Counted from the whole stretch's first letter, positions 25,291 through 39,850 are shown. The stretch is DNA of 63,473 nt, filler included, from Octopus bimaculoides (GCF_001194135.2; 5 parts of 5 records of this genome joined end to end with filler, not necessarily neighbours in it), one strand, 5' to 3'. Notes: generated from the letters alone by a model not told the origin. Numbers and translations: made by a program.

Positions 25291-25559
25291 ACTTTTAGTA
25301 TAGCGTTCATAGCCTCTCTATGGTTAGCGTTCATAGCCTCTCTGTGGTTAGCGTTAGGAAGGGCATCCAGGAAGGGCATCTGACCAGATCAGATTGGAGC
25401 CTGGTGCAGCCCCACTGGCTTGCCAGTCCTCAGTCAAACCGTCCAACCCATGCCAGCATGGAAAGTAGACATTGAACGATGATGATGATGATACACACAC
25501 ACACATATATATATATGTATATTGTGCATTAAATTAAGAAATCGTGACTAGTGAAAATT

Positions 25560-25870
25560 ATCATCATCATCATCATCATCATTTAACATCCCTTGTCCAT
25601 GCTAGCATGGGTTGCATGGTTTGACCAGGGATGGTAAGCTGGAAGGCTGCACCAGATTCCAGTCTGATTTGGCATGGTTTTCTATGGCTGGATGCCCTTT
25701 CTAACACCAACCACTGAGTGTGTAATGGGTGCTTTTACATGCCACTGGCACAGGTGCCATTTGCAGGAGCCATTTGTCATGACTGCGATTTTGCTCAGCT
25801 TGATGTGTCTTCTTCTCAAGCACGGCATAATGTCAAAGGTCTCCGTCATTGCCTCCATGAGGCCCAATCT
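25560..25870 (-). mobile_element. Family C repeat (AGGAAGGGCATCCAGC core, (GAT)n tail; LINE 3'-end or SINE)
   Basis: CATCATCATTTAACATCC...CCATGCTAGCATGGGTTG...GGATGCCCTTTCTAACACCAACCAC; more than ten copies in the window. Confidence 0.8.
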
Positions 25871-26142
25871 TTAAGCGTATAAGCATCCACCATGTATTGG
25901 ACATAGAAAATAGTCTAATATTGGGTCATATAAGCCCCCAACAGAAAAAAATGGGTGTTAGTATGCATGGAAATCAAACCCACATCACTTTATTAAGTAC
26001 ACTTATGTAGACTCAATTTCTGTGCAAACTAGTCATTTTTTTCCATTAAGGGCTTATAAACCCCAATATTAGACTATTTTCTACAGCTAATACACAGGGA
26101 ACATTTATAAGCTTAAAGTTTATAATTATTATTTACAGAATA

Positions 26143-26325
26143 CAGTAATCCCTCGCCATATCGCAGTTCACCTATCGCTGTTTATTATTTAAGCTTACAT
26201 CAATTTCTCTGTGGTATTATTTTGCATTTATAATAAAATAAATATATACAAATTATAAAAGTAATTAAAAAAATATACAGTACAGTACTATTTCTACTTT
26301 GCAGATTTTTACATATAGCAGGGGG
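26143..26325. mobile_element. Tigger/pogo-like MITE, partial
   Basis: TA-CAGTAATCCCTCGCCATATCGCAGTTCACCTATCGC; reverse complement of 8010-8231. Confidence 0.75.
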
Positions 26326-27299
26326 TTTTAGTTGAGGGTGTTACACACACACACACACACACACACACAAATACACACTCTTCAGTCAAGGAGTTTGATC
26401 TTGGAGGTTACTTGGTGACCTCACTAGTGCTGGTGCCATATAATAGCATTCAATACACTCTGTAAAGCAGTTGGGATTAGGAAGAGTATCCAGCCACAGA
26501 AACCATGCCAAAGCAGACATTGGAGCTAGATGCAGTCCTCTGACTCACTAGATCCTATCAAGCCATCCAACCCATGCCAGCATGGGAAACAGACATTAAA
26601 TGTTGATGATGATGATGTAATGATAATGCTATGTACAATGGGTTTCTCTTTCCTTTTACTGTTAACCAAATCCACTCACAAGTCTTTGCTTGACCCAGGG
26701 TTAAAGTAGAAGACATTTGCTCAAGGCACTATGCAGTGGGACTGAACCTGAGATCATATGGTCAGAAAGCAAGCTTCTTAACCATGCAGCTATTAAAAAG
26801 ATAAAATGCAACAGAATATGATCATTCACAACCTTTGTGAATGTTCTCATTAACTTTATGCAAAATTTAATTATTCTTTAACGCATGATACAGTTTATCC
26901 ATCTTACTCTTCTAAATAGAAAAATCTTTTCAATTAAAATTTAATTACATGCTGGAAATTTAAGTACAAATAAATGTATATATCAATTTGAAATATTTTT
27001 AAAATATTAAACTATAAATTTCTATTCAAGCAGGAAATTCAAATCTACAGACAAAACTAATAAATGATAATAATGATGATGACAGCCACTGGTGAAAATG
27101 GTAAACAGATATCTGTAGTAAAGTGCAAACATTTGAGTTATACTAATAACTACTAGAGCAGAACTAGGCAAGTAATGTCAACACAATTAGATATTTGTGT
27201 GCATTTCCTTGCTAAACTGAACCAAAGTAAGCAATGACACCATTGTGCCAAAAACAGAAATAAAATGGATCTGTTTTAATGAGAAGAAGCTGCAGAAAA

Positions 27300-27690
27300 A
27301 TATGATGATATGGTGGTGGTGGTGGTGTACTGGTGATAATGGGGATGGCAGTGACAAAGATGAAGATTATGGTAGTGGTGATGATGTTGACAATGATGGT
27401 ACTAGTGATGATGATGATGGTGGTGGTAGTGGTGGTGAGGATGATGGTAGTGATGATGATGACGACGATGACAATGATGATGGTATTAGTGATGATGATG
27501 ATGGTAGTGGTGGTGGTGGTGGTGGTGATGATGATGTTGATATTAGTGATGATGGTAGTGGTGGTGTATGATGATGGTGATGGCAGTGACAAAGATGATG
27601 ACAATGGTGATGGTGGTGGTGGTGATAATGATGAAGATGATGGTGTTAGCGATGATGGTAGTGGTGGCAATGGTGGTGATGTTAATGATA
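27300..27690. repeat. Mixed (GAT/GGT)n low-complexity tract
   Basis: GATGATGGTAGTGGTGGT reiterations. Confidence 0.9.
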
Positions 27691-29701
27691 AAATAAATTA
27701 CAATGAACCAATTGGAAAGTCCAGAGATATGATATAGAGTCTTGAGATAAAATAACAATTCGAACATAAAATCTTCATAAAGGGGACATCACAATTTAAC
27801 ACCATTTTTACTAAGACAGTAGAGGAATAGAAAAAAAAAAATAAATAAATAAACACAATGCAAAGTGACACTAGTTTCACTGATCACAGCAGTTCCCTCT
27901 ATTTATGTCTGAAAGTCTTCTTACCAAGACAACCTCTTTTTGTCCCCTTTCTCATAGAAAAAAAAAACAACAAAAGCTTTCCCCTTCTGCCTGTCACTTC
28001 GACTTTATCATGCACAACATACCTACCACCATACATACTTTCACCACCTTTAGTGTTTAGACACACCCAAAAGTAAACACTTCCTTGGTTATGAGCAACC
28101 ACCCCAATTTCAACTTCCTCCGTATGAAACAGACAAGTGCCATTTAGAACTAGCTTATATTCCCATATGTTTCCCCTATTATGTAATCTGCAGACATGGA
28201 AATCAACAAGCTTACTCAATACCCCTTCTAATTCCTTCCTCAAAACTAAACAGTCATCAAACAGTAAAATTGTGACCCTAAAATTTGCAGTGCTATATAA
28301 ACAAAATTACAACATATTGCAACAAGTAGGCATTAATAGATAGTTTTTTTTTCTTTGCCTTCTTTTTAAAGGGAAAAAAAAAACATCAACTAGAACAGAA
28401 ATGAACAATTTCTCTTTTGTTTTCACCCAGTAGCAGAATATTATTTATATATTTATTTTACGAAGAAAAATATGCAATTATCAATAACAATTATAAAGTT
28501 TATCCTACTGCAAAATTTTATCTAAACCAATTCTGCACAGGAAAAAAAATTGATATTACACACATACACACACACACATAAATAAAATAAAATAAAATAT
28601 AAATAACTAAACTAGAATATACTTTTAAAAATTAAATCTCAGAAGACTATTTATATTTTTATATTATTTCAATTTAAGAGAAAACAATAAACCTATAAGA
28701 TTTATAAAATATTGTAAAAAATAAGTTTAATAAAAAAAAATTGAAATTCTAGTTAGTTACTGTTTCATCCCTCATGCTTCCAACTGAGTGTCAGGCAACC
28801 ATAAGATCCCCACCCAGCACAGTCACAAATCCTGTCATGAGCCTTGCTCCCAGGCCAGGCCCATATATCTACCACAGTCCTCAACCAGATCCTGACAGGT
28901 CAACCTCCCCTTCTATGCACTCCTTCTCTGGCTTCCACTCCAGAGAGGCTCGCTCTCTCTCTCTCTTTCTTTCTCTCTCTCTCCATGGGCATGCGTACTA
29001 TTACTAATTGTTACTGCACTGTTTTACAATTTTGTTCATTTGAAATGAAACAATTTCAACAACCTCCTTTAATATAATTCTAAGCTCCTACCCATCATAC
29101 ACAAATGACCTCAGTTGAAACAGCCCTTGCACAGTTCTTTAGGTTAAAGTAATTATAGTTTACATCACAGTACAGCATTGTCATGGGATCGTGTATTATT
29201 TTTTCTGTTGTTGTTTTCTCCATTTTTGTTGTTTCTTTTTAATTTTTCTTTGACATGTAATGTAATGCTGTCTGCTCTCGTTCATGTGGGTGGGTCGACA
29301 CTGGGTTTGTTCTCAGTCGATGTACTAAGAAATCTATAAAGGTAGTTTAAATTTAGATACAACTTACTCTTAGCAGCATTATAGGCTCCCAGGCTAATCA
29401 ATGCACTTAGTTCATAGTATTTAGTTAGTGAGAGCAAGCCACAACATTCTGAGAGGCATTCAAAGTGGCCTTAACCCTTTACCATTAAACTGGTCATATC
29501 CAGCCCAAAATTTTCTGTTTTATGTTCAAACTGAACAAATCTGGCCTCTCATACCCACCCAACAATGTCATAATTAAAATATGCAATTGCATCACTGAAA
29601 TCACAAAGCTACAATATAATGCATGATTAATTCAAAACAATGTGGAAAAAGAAGCATTACATTTGACAGTAATCTAAATGCCAAAGGGTTGAAGTTCAAA
29701 T

Positions 29702-29907
29702 CAGTGGTTCTCAACCATTTTTTTGCCTATGGATCCCTTGATTCCTATTTTACTCTACTGGACCCTAATAAGCATTTGATATTTTAAAAAGTCCCATTAT
29801 ATCTTTATAGTAAAATATTTTGTGTATTGTGGAATTATACCAATTTATTACACATAAATTCTAACAGCAAAATCTTATGTAAACCCACAAGAGCCATGTG
29901 GAGATAC
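29702..29907. mobile_element. hAT-like MITE, one TIR retained, opposite orientation to the 34080 copy
   Basis: CAGTGGTTCTCAACC start; body is the reverse complement of the 34080 copy's right end. Confidence 0.65.
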
Positions 29908-30177
29908 GTTCAAAAAAAGAAAAATGTCCAGATCAAAATGATGATAATGACAACAACAAACCACAGTATACATAGATCATAATTGGGTCCCTAGATCCAT
30001 GAGGTCACTAGGCAAACCAATGCACTGAGTCCTATAGTGCTTATTTATTTACAGCAATCCAGAGTATATACAGAGTAGAATTGGGTCCCTAGTGTGCCCA
30101 AGCACTGAACTTACTACAGATGGGTCACCAATGAGTAACAAGCCAACCACCTTAAGAAATAGTTTTCTAATTGTAAG

Positions 30178-30351
30178 CATAGGCATGGCTGTGTGGTAAC
30201 AAACTTGCCTCCCAACAACATGGTTCCATGTTCAGTCCCACTGCATGGCACCTTAGGCAAGTGTCTTCTACTATAACCCTGGGCTGACCAAAGCCTTGCA
30301 AGTAGATTTGGTAGACAGAAACTGAAAGAAGTTCATTGTGTGTGTGTGTTT

Positions 30352-30394
<43 letters not shown>

Positions 30395-30570
30395 TTTGTG
30401 TATGTCTCCCATCACTGTTTGAAAACTGATGTTGGTGTGTTTACATCCCCATAAAGAGATCAATAGAATAAATACTAGGTTTAAAAAAAAAAATATTTGT
30501 CTGACTAAAACCCTTCAAGGCGGTGCCCCAGCATGGCCACAATAAAATGACTGAAAAAGGGAAAAGATAA
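30178..30570 (+). mobile_element. SINE family A, full length, CpG-decayed
   Basis: Head GGCATGGCTGTGTGGTAAC, (TG)n core, tail CAGCATGGCCAC...TGACTGAAA. Confidence 0.85.
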
Positions 30571-30698
30571 TTTTTCAAGATTGGCATTAAATATATGGTG
30601 GAGGCCTCTGAATGTTAAACCAGTACAATGCCTTTATATGCTTTACACTGATAGTAGTCAAAGGTATCAAGCAATTTGTTCATTTTAAAGCATGAGAC

Positions 30699-31045
30699 CA
30701 GTGATTCTCAATTAGGATCCATATTACCCCTGAGGGTCCATATAAGATTTTGGGAGGTCCATTCAAGCAAAATAGTAAATTAGAGAGCCTAGGTAGTATT
30801 TAGGGGTCCATGAAAAGATTTTGCTTTGGATGTATTTATTGCAAGAAACAGCTAGGTTTCTTTCTCTAACATTTTACATAGTTCAAACTACACAAGTGAA
30901 TGTTTGAAAAACAAAATAAGAACTTTGAAAGAAGTATCTATGAAACTAGTTTGTAAACATCAAATGGCTATGTGGGGGGTAAGGTCCACTAGAATAAAAT
31001 AGTAATCATAGGGGTCCACAGATAAAAATTTGTTGAGAACCACTG
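30699..31045. mobile_element. hAT-like MITE with TIRs and an 8-bp target site duplication
   Basis: CAGTGATTCTCAA ... TTGAGAACCACTG; flanks CATGAGAC and CACAAGAC (6/8 match). Confidence 0.85.
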
Positions 31046-33344
31046 CACAAGACAAATTTTAGAGTTGATGCTGAGGGTGGGGAGCTTATATGTATGTAAT
31101 ATATTCCAGCTATTTGCATTCTGAAAAATAAAGGTGGAAAGGTTTTGAAGCCATTTCTACTTTAATTTGTTTAGGTAGATTTTCAATATAACTGGATACC
31201 CTTTTTGTCACTAATCTTCACCTGTTTCCAAGCAAGGTAACATTTCTCTACAGTCAGACATATTTCAGGGAAAACTAGAAATGAACAACGTCACTTGCAT
31301 AATGATCACATCTCATTTACAACCATCATGTAATATCAAATATGAATGCACACACACATACATAAAATGATGGACTTCTTTCAGTTTCATTCCACTAAAT
31401 ATACTCACAAAGTTCAGAAGTAAGCTTCTTAGACACATAACCACACCTGCACCATGAATTTAGAAGACTGTAAATATTCCATAATAAAGTATTAACCATT
31501 CCAATTTTTGTTTACCTTTTTTTCCTTCTGGTGTATCACAAAAAGAGAAGTGGAATAAAGATTTAACATGTCCTTGGCTGTTAACTTTTAATAGAATCAC
31601 CAATACGGTTTGGTTTGTCAAAAAGCAATCTTAAATACAAGGCCACATAAAAAATATTTTTAAATAACATTGGACTAAAGGAAATAACTGAAACAAGCAC
31701 TGAACATTAAGTAAAATAACCATTGGCATGTATTACAATAAATCAGGTTGGTGTGGATTGGAGAGAACTTTTAGTTAGAAAAAAAAAAGCCTAACAGCAT
31801 TTGTTAGTGACTCCAAAAGAAAAACATGGAGAGATTCCAAGATATCAAGAATTAATTTCTGTTTTTCAAGAACTATTGCTTTTATTTAAGGGAAAAATCT
31901 ATCTTTGTTAGCAAAGACAGTGACAGCAAAGGACATGTTTCAATCTTAATGGACCTCATCAACAAAGCATAGCACAAACCCAACTGATCAGTAGACAGAA
32001 GAATTTAACAGAAAGAAATAGAACTGCCAAGATTTCTGGATAGTATTAATTTATACAATATTGGTTTCTAATTTTGGTACAAGGCCAGCAATTGCAGGGA
32101 AGGGTAAGTCAATCCACCCAGTGCTCAACTGGTACTTATTGACCCTGAAAGTATGAAGGGTGAAGTTGACCATGGTGGAATTTGAACTTAGAACTGTGTG
32201 TGTGTTTGTGAGTCTGTGTTTGTACCCCCAGTGTTGGTGTGTTTACATCCCTGTAACATAGTGGTTCAGCAAAAGAGACCGATAGAATAAGTACTAAGCT
32301 TACAAAGAATATGTCCGGAGTCAATTTGTTCGACTAAAGGCAGTGCTCCAGTATGGCTGCAGTCAAGTGACTGAAACAAGAAAAAGAATGAAACCAAGAC
32401 ACGTTGTCAAGTGGTGTGAGTGGGGGCAAGTAGAAGACACAAACAACACACACTCATGTATGCGTGAGTATATGTCTATATATATATATATATATATACA
32501 CACGGTGGGCTTCCACAGAGTTAATGTCTACCAAATTCACTCACAAGGCATTTGTAGCCCATGGCTATAGAAGACACTTGCTCAAGGTGTTATGAACTGG
32601 GACTTAACCTGAAATCATAAGGTTGCAAAGTGTGCTTCTTAATCACACAGCCACACTATGATGAGAAGCAAAGTCAAATCATGATTAATGAACCTAAACA
32701 TAACAGAGCATTTAGTAGTCTTGCATTCTACTCTCCAAGAAATATTCCATTCTTTCAGGCCTTTAGACCATTGTACATTGTAATATTAAGGTAGCAAGCA
32801 AGCACAATCATTAGTGTGTTGGACAAAATCTTTAGTGGTATTTCTTCCAACACTTTAAATTCTGAGTTCAAGGTTGATGAAATAAAGTACCAGTCATGTA
32901 CTGAGGTTGATGTAACTGACTCATCCCCTCCCTATAAATTTGCTGGCCACACTCTGCAATCCTGTTCAGAGGGAATGGTCTGATCTCACTCATTTGTAGA
33001 CCATGGAAACCAGGTCCCTAGCTTTTTGAGTCCTAGAGCTCAAGGAAAGATGTAGGGGAGATGTAATATTAGAATAAAGATGGAAGTTAGCTGATATTAC
33101 TATTTAGAAGTTTTAGACTATCGGAAGACTCAAGTTAAAACCGAAGATGGCAGATGTTACACATGGCAGATTCAACTTCAGTACTGTTACGGTAAAATTC
33201 CAAGATTTACTTCTCAAACTTACTGATAAAAAAAGATAAACGCCTTTGCCTTCCATCACATAAGCTGTGATGTATAATAAACGTTTAATTTTGAAAATTA
33301 AGGCGTGGATTAAAACAAGTAAAACACAGAAAGTAAAGTGTAGT

Positions 33345-33820
33345 ACCATGGTTGCATGGTAAGAAGTTTGCTCCCAACCATATGGTTCCACATTCACTCC
33401 CACTGCGTGGCACCTTGAGCAAGTGTCTTCTACTATAGCCTCAGACTGACCAAAGCCTTATGAGTGGATTTGGTAGACAGAAACTGAAAGNNNNNNNNNN
33501 CTATAGCCTCAGACTGACCAAAGCCTTATGAGTGGATTTGGTAGACAGAAACTGAAAGAAGCCCATTGTGTGTATATGTGTACATGCGTGAGAAAGAATG
33601 TGTGGGTGTTGGTGTGTGTATGTGTATGCTTGTCCCAGCATAACAACCGGGGTTGCTATGTTTATATCGGCATAATTTAGCAGTTCAGCAAAAGAGACCA
33701 ATAGGTACCAGGCTTAACAAAATAAGTACTGATGTCAATTCTTTCGACTGTAATTCTTCAAAGCAGTGCCCCAGCATGGCCGCTGTCAAATGACCGGAAC
33801 AAGTGAAAGAATAAAAGAAT
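33345..33820 (+). mobile_element. SINE family A with a 60-bp duplicate across a 10-N gap
   Basis: 33431-33490 is repeated at 33501-33560. Confidence 0.8.
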
Positions 33821-34079
33821 ATAATACAGCCATCACTTGAAAATAAGTATGAATTAATAACATGTGCCATATTTTGGGGGGCTTGTTTTCAATACGATTT
33901 TAACAAAGTTTGAGGCCACTGTAGCAAAAGGGACTACAAAGAAAGAAATGAGGGCCTGCAAATTCAAAAGGTGCTGAGTGACAAAAAGCTTAAAAGACTA
34001 AATATCACAGACCATAGGAAAACAAAGTGATGGTAGTGAGCTCTAGAGAGAAGCAGTTTGAGGAAAGAAGGTATTAGAA

Positions 34080-34331
34080 CAGTGGTTCTCAACTGGGGTC
34101 CATATGGCACTAGGGGGTCCATTTAACATGTTGTTGTTAAGTTTGATGTGCAATTAGTTGGTTATACTTCTACAATACACAAAATATTTTAATTTTTTAT
34201 AGAATTTCTAATAATACTTCATTATAAAAATCAATAGGGTTTTTTTAAAACACTGAATGGCTATGTGGATCCAGTAGAATAAAATAGGAGTCAAAGGGGG
34301 TCCATAAGTAAAAGGAGGTTGAGTATCACTG
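34080..34331. mobile_element. hAT-like MITE with TIRs and an 8-bp target site duplication
   Basis: CAGTGGTTCTCAAC ... GTTGAGTATCACTG; flanks TATTAGAA and TATTAGGC (6/8 match). Confidence 0.85.
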
Positions 34332-35759
34332 TATTAGGCTAAAAAGACTTGCTTTAGGTGCCCATGTAGTAATGTGCAGGCATAAACAATTTCATGTCCC
34401 ACTTAACTGCTCTAAGCCAGTGGAACATCCAAAATGTTACAGCTAGAAGCAGCACTTGGATGATATTCATTACAGTCAAGTAGACTCAAGTACAATGTAC
34501 TGAAGTGCCTTGCTCAAAGGCATTAAATGCTATCTGGTCCAAAATTGGAATCCATATCCTTTTGATCAAGAACAACCCAATCACTAAGCCACATACCATC
34601 ACAAAATAATAAAATAAACTTGGTGCAATGGATGCCATAGAAAGAGAAGGTTGGTGCAACATATGTGCAGTTATTTACTTATTTTATATGATAGCTTGTA
34701 AATAATAGTGTCCAATATAGCAATCACTGAATCATTGAATTTACCATCATGAGAGAGACATATGTATACACATACACACATATGGACTCCCGCACAGTTT
34801 CCATTCACAAAATAATGGTTAACACAGGGTACCATGCAATGGAATTAAATTTGGAACCATGTAACTGGAGTGAAATGCAGTAGAGTATGAGTGTCGGTGT
34901 GATGGCTGTGGAGTATGAGTTGGTGTGGTGGATGCAAAGTATGAATATGATTGATGTTGGTATAGTGGAGAAAGAATGTGACCAGGGTGTTGGTGTGATG
35001 GATATATAGGGTTGATGGAATAGGTGCACAGTACAAATGCAGCAATGAGAGTGCATACAGTTTCTATTCACAAGTTAATTGATTAAGCCAAGTTGCTACA
35101 CTATGGGATTGAATCTGAAACAAACATGACTGCAAAGTGAACTTCTAAACCAGAATAGATGGTGAGTGCAAACACAGGAATGGTGTAATGTTGTTGAACA
35201 AATGCAAAGGATGTGCAACAGACATGTGAGGTTGGTGCACTTGATGTTTGGTACAAGTAAGCAATGAATATGGAATCATGTAGCAGCATAGTGCAATAAT
35301 TGTGCAGTGTAAACAGAAACCTAGGAAATACACCAAACTTAAACCAAAAAGACAGCTGACAAGACTTAAACTAGGTTAGTAGGTTAGACATCTTTAAAAC
35401 ACCAGAGTTATAGAACATCACAATAAAAACCACCCTTTTCTCTTCAAAAGAAATAGTTTAATAAACCATAACATGTATGGAGAACAGCAAAAACCAAAAC
35501 AATGTCATTCTTAATTCTCTCTGGCTGATTTGAACATGTACTTTGTCTTTGGAGAACTTCACCTTTTGGACAAATATGTATTCACAACACACTCGATTCA
35601 TTGAGGTAAAAGGACTTTAAGACACATGGTGTTTCAACTTGGTTGTATCTCTTTGATCAAAGCTACCTTGTACCAGCAATCATGGCTCTTGTTTATAAAA
35701 ATCAACAGACAAATTATTTGCTGATGTATGCTGATGGCTATCAAAGCCAAAAATAAATT

Positions 35760-36035
35760 GTCACACATATATCACATAAAAAACATCCAGTCCACACTGT
35801 AAAGTGGTTGGCATTTGGAAGGGCATCCAGCTGTAAAAACTTTGTCAAAACTGGCCTCGCCTGTGCTTGGGCCACGTAAAAAGCACTCAGTTCACTCTGC
35901 TGGGTGGTTGGTGTTATGAAGGGCATCCAGCCATAAAAACCCTGCCAAAACAGACAGAAGTCTGGTGCTGGCTTCTATCAAACCATCCAACCCAGCATGA
36001 AAGGTGGACATTAAATTATGATGATGATGATGATG
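35760..36035 (+). mobile_element. Family C repeat
   Basis: GGAAGGGCATCCAGC present twice; ends TGGACATTAAAT(GAT)n. Confidence 0.75.
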
Positions 36036-36559
36036 AACAGTGAAAATCTAAACAATGATACACATAATCTTTCTTAATACATTCTTGTAGAACACTAAGT
36101 GGGAATATGTTAATCATTGTTGTAGCTAGTCTGCAATATAAATAGTTTCTAATCAATAAATTTAAATCATGAAGAGAAATTCGTAGAGCCTGAATTTATG
36201 GATAATAGTAAGAATTATTCATAAATTCTAGGATTCAACATCAGACAACAGGTCCAGAGAACTGACACTGAACAAGAAAAGGTGATAATTGACAGTGTTT
36301 TGTACAAGATACAAGTAATGAAATGATGGTCAAATTACGCTTACACTAATATTGAAAACAAATTAACCAGCCAACTGAATATTGGCAGAGATTCAGCGAA
36401 TTAAATTTTGGAGAAGAATCTATAATTCAACAGCACATGAAAGCAACATTTACATGGTAACAAGAGTTAACTATAGTGATGCTTTTTTGTATCCCCTACT
36501 ATACATGTATACAAATAAAACAAAAAGACATGAAAAGATGATCGTTGATCAGATACAGC

Positions 36560-37179
36560 AATGATGACTAAGTCAGCAAAAAATAACCGCTCAGATAAAT
36601 GGGTAAAATCTAAAAAGAATTTGAGCATTTAAAGAATATAAAGAGTGTGTAAAAAAATAAAAGAATGGATCTTCATGGACACAGAAGTACCTACAGATCA
36701 GAACATTATGAAGATAGAAAATGGGAAAGTCAGATAGAAAATGAGAAAGACATTTAGAGTGGAGTGTATTCAAAGAAACTCAAGAGTGAGTGCGAAACCT
36801 GTTGTGAGTGGTGCACACAAAACTATCCCAAAGAAACCCAAGAATTTGGCATCAGAAGTTGGAAGTATCAGATATTGTTGAGGAGAATCATAACCATGTG
36901 CTGAGAGGTGACACTTTGGGGTTTGAATGATTCCCCCCAGGAAACATGAATGTTTCGTTCATCATCCTTAAAGAACTTTTATTTAAGGACCTTTTAAGCG
37001 GATGGGCTACTCAACCTGAAGAAAATTCTAACTGGGTCCCACCTGCAAAGTCATAACCCTTCATTGTGATGCATATGCCTGGTGTAATCATTATCAGACA
37101 GGTAGTCATGATAGGTATATTGGGCTTCATATATTTGTACCCCAGCATCATTTTGAGGGTGTGTGCTGTCCTCTCACTC

Positions 37180-37225
<46 letters not shown>
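36560..37225 (+). mobile_element. Highly decayed R4/Dong-type retrotransposon 3' end with UTR and (TAA)n tail
   Basis: Peptides NNRSD (like HNRPD), MDTEVPTDQNIMKIENGKV (compare IDVIVPGDQHIIMKEREKV at 61.3-61.4 kb) and PVVSGAHKTIP (like PVV.GALGTIP), then UTR and (AAT)n. Confidence 0.6.
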
Positions 37226-37227
<2 letters not shown>

Positions 37228-37330
37228 CCTTTCTACTATAGACACAAGATCTGAAACTTGTGGGAAAGAGACTAGTCAATTACACTGACCCCAGTACTCA
37301 ACTGGTACTTGTTTTATCAACCCCAGCAGG

Positions 37331-37384
<54 letters not shown>

Positions 37385-39020
37385 TTAATAATAATAATAA
37401 TAATAATCCTTTCTACTAAAGGCAAAGGCCTGAAATTTGGTGGGAGGGGATTAATTGATTACATTGACCCCAGTGTTTCACTGGTACTTAATTTATCAAC
37501 TCCAAAAGGATGAAAGGCAAAGTTGACCTCAGTGAAAATAATAACAACAACAATGATTGCTTCTAACATGGGAACATCACCACCACCACAAATTTAAGGG
37601 GAGAAGGTTTTAGAAAGAGAGACAAAATATGACAAATGATTTGAGGAATAATATCCTAATTTTATAAATATATACATAAAGCCACTTTCCTCTGACCACC
37701 ACCCCAACGTAGTCATGCTCCCCACTTTTCCTTTTCTCCTCCCCTACTCATTTCTTTTCTATCTTGCAACTTACTTGGTAACCTCACGAGTGCTGGTGGC
37801 ACAAATGAAGCACCCAGTGCACACGATAAAATAGTGGTCTTGGCACTGGAGGTGGCAGGGATTTATCTCCCCATTAGCAATATAAACACGAGTACATTTT
37901 GCATCAAAAACCACTATGACAGTTTCTCTCATAGTATCTACTGCAGTATAGCTTGTTCTATCAGAACATCCACATTTAAGTGGAGATAACTATAAAATGG
38001 TTGCGTTAAGAAGGGCAACAAGATGTTAAAAAGCCATACCATAGCAAACATTGGAGCTTGATGCAGCCCTACAAGTCTCCAGATCCTATCAAACCTATGA
38101 TAGCATGGAAAACAGACATTAAACAATGATAACAGTGTAGTGCTAATTTCTTATTAATAATTGATACAAAGAAACTATGGATTGAAACCAAAAAACTAAT
38201 GCCTGATACTATTCCTGAACATTCTATGAAACTGTCCCACCTTAATGGAATTCTGCCAGATATTTTATTGAAAATATATAAAATAATCTTTGCATATTAA
38301 ATTGTGAGGGTGAAAAGATAAAATATTTTTTGACTACTGCTTATAAAACCCAATCATTAATTTAGAATACATATATTTATTAAACATATTTGGTATAAAT
38401 GGATTTCCAATCTAATTATTTGAAATATAAAACTTTCACTAAAGTTTAGATGCACAGGCATGGCTGTTGTTGTTATAACCTGAATTTGATTTGCAACCAC
38501 AAGGTTTTGTGTTCAGTCCCACTGCATAGCACCTTAGGCAAGAAGAGTCTTCTACAATAGCCTTGAGTCAATTAAAGCCTTGTGTGTAAATTTGATATAT
38601 AGAAAGAAAGCACATCATATGTGTGTGTGTCCTTGTCTTGATATCATCAGTCAATTGTAAATGAAGTTACCATTCATACAAAAACATTGTCATTTGTTTA
38701 CAACCTTCCACAAAAATATGATCTGTTTGTATTCAAAGGGACTAAGAGAGAGTATTGCCTTAGTTGGGAACAGGTAAGGGTTGGCAACAAGAAAAACATT
38801 CAGCCAATGAAAATTTGTTCCAAGTGAAATTTCATCCAACCTATGCAAGCATGGGGGATGTTGATATGAAAATCATACTGAGGGCAGTGATGATGATGAT
38901 GATGATAATGATAAAGCTTTGGTTTAATTTATACATCCAATGGCATCAAACTCTAAAAACATCTGTCCTCTAAGATAAATTGAAGTGTGTGTGTGTGTGT
39001 GTGAGTGAGTGAGTGAGTGA

Positions 39021-39101
<81 letters not shown>

Positions 39102-39524
39102 TGTTTTATTTGTTTCAGTCATTGGACTGTGGAATGCCAGGATGCTGCCTTGAAGGGTTTTGTCAAACAAATTAACCTGTTCTTTTTTATGCCTGGTACT
39201 TATTCTATTAGTCTCTTATGCCAAACTGCTAAGTTACAAGGCTTTAAAGGGACCAAAACTGGTTGCCAAGTGGTGGTTGTGGTGGGAGTAACAAACAGCT
39301 GCAAAGACATACACATATATGTATGTATATATATGTCAAGCTTTATACTTTTTCTCAAGTTAAACTAAAGGGGACTATGTGAAACAGCAATAGACTTGAA
39401 AACATCAAGCATGTAACTGTTTAAATGGAAGATGGTAAGATATATATATAAGTGTAGCTGTGTGGTAAGTAACTTGCTTCTCAGCCACATGGTTGAGTTC
39501 AGTCCCACTGAACAAGCACCTTGG

Positions 39525-39628
39525 AAAAATGTCTCTGTAGCAGACTTCCCAAGTTTAATGCAAAATTTCACACTGACTCTTTGTTCCAACTTCCTGTCCA
39601 TGAAAAAATTACAGGCTACAACATACAC
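39525..39628 (-). mobile_element. Mariner transposase N-terminal stub
   Basis: MDRKLEQRVSVKFCIKLGKSATETF matches the mariner N-terminal EQR..IKFC.KLGKSATET motif. Confidence 0.8.
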
Positions 39629-39850
39629 ATCATCATCATCGTTTAACGTCCGTTTTCCATGCTAGCATGGGTTGGACGATTTGACTGAGGACTGGTGAAA
39701 CCAGATGGCTACACCAGGCTCCAATCTGATTTGGCAGAGTTTCTACAGCTGGATGCCCTTCCTAACGCCAACCACTCAGAGAGTGTAGTGGGTGCTTTTA
39801 CGTGCGACCAGCACAAGGGCCAGTCAGGCGGTAATGGCGGTTACAAGAAC
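39627..39850 (-). mobile_element. Family C repeat, young copy (CpGs retained)
   Basis: CATCATCATCGTTTAACGTCCGTTTTCCATGCTAGCATGGGTTGGACG... Confidence 0.85.

Noticed and set aside
27212-27767. Asp/Gly-rich and Thr/Ile-rich ORFs
   Set aside because: Trinucleotide low-complexity DNA open in several frames; no splice or homology support.
27899-29077. Short ORFs of 68-114 aa in unique-looking sequence
   Set aside because: No recognisable domain or convincing splice sites; 28.8-29.0 kb may be an old LINE 3' remnant but I cannot support that.
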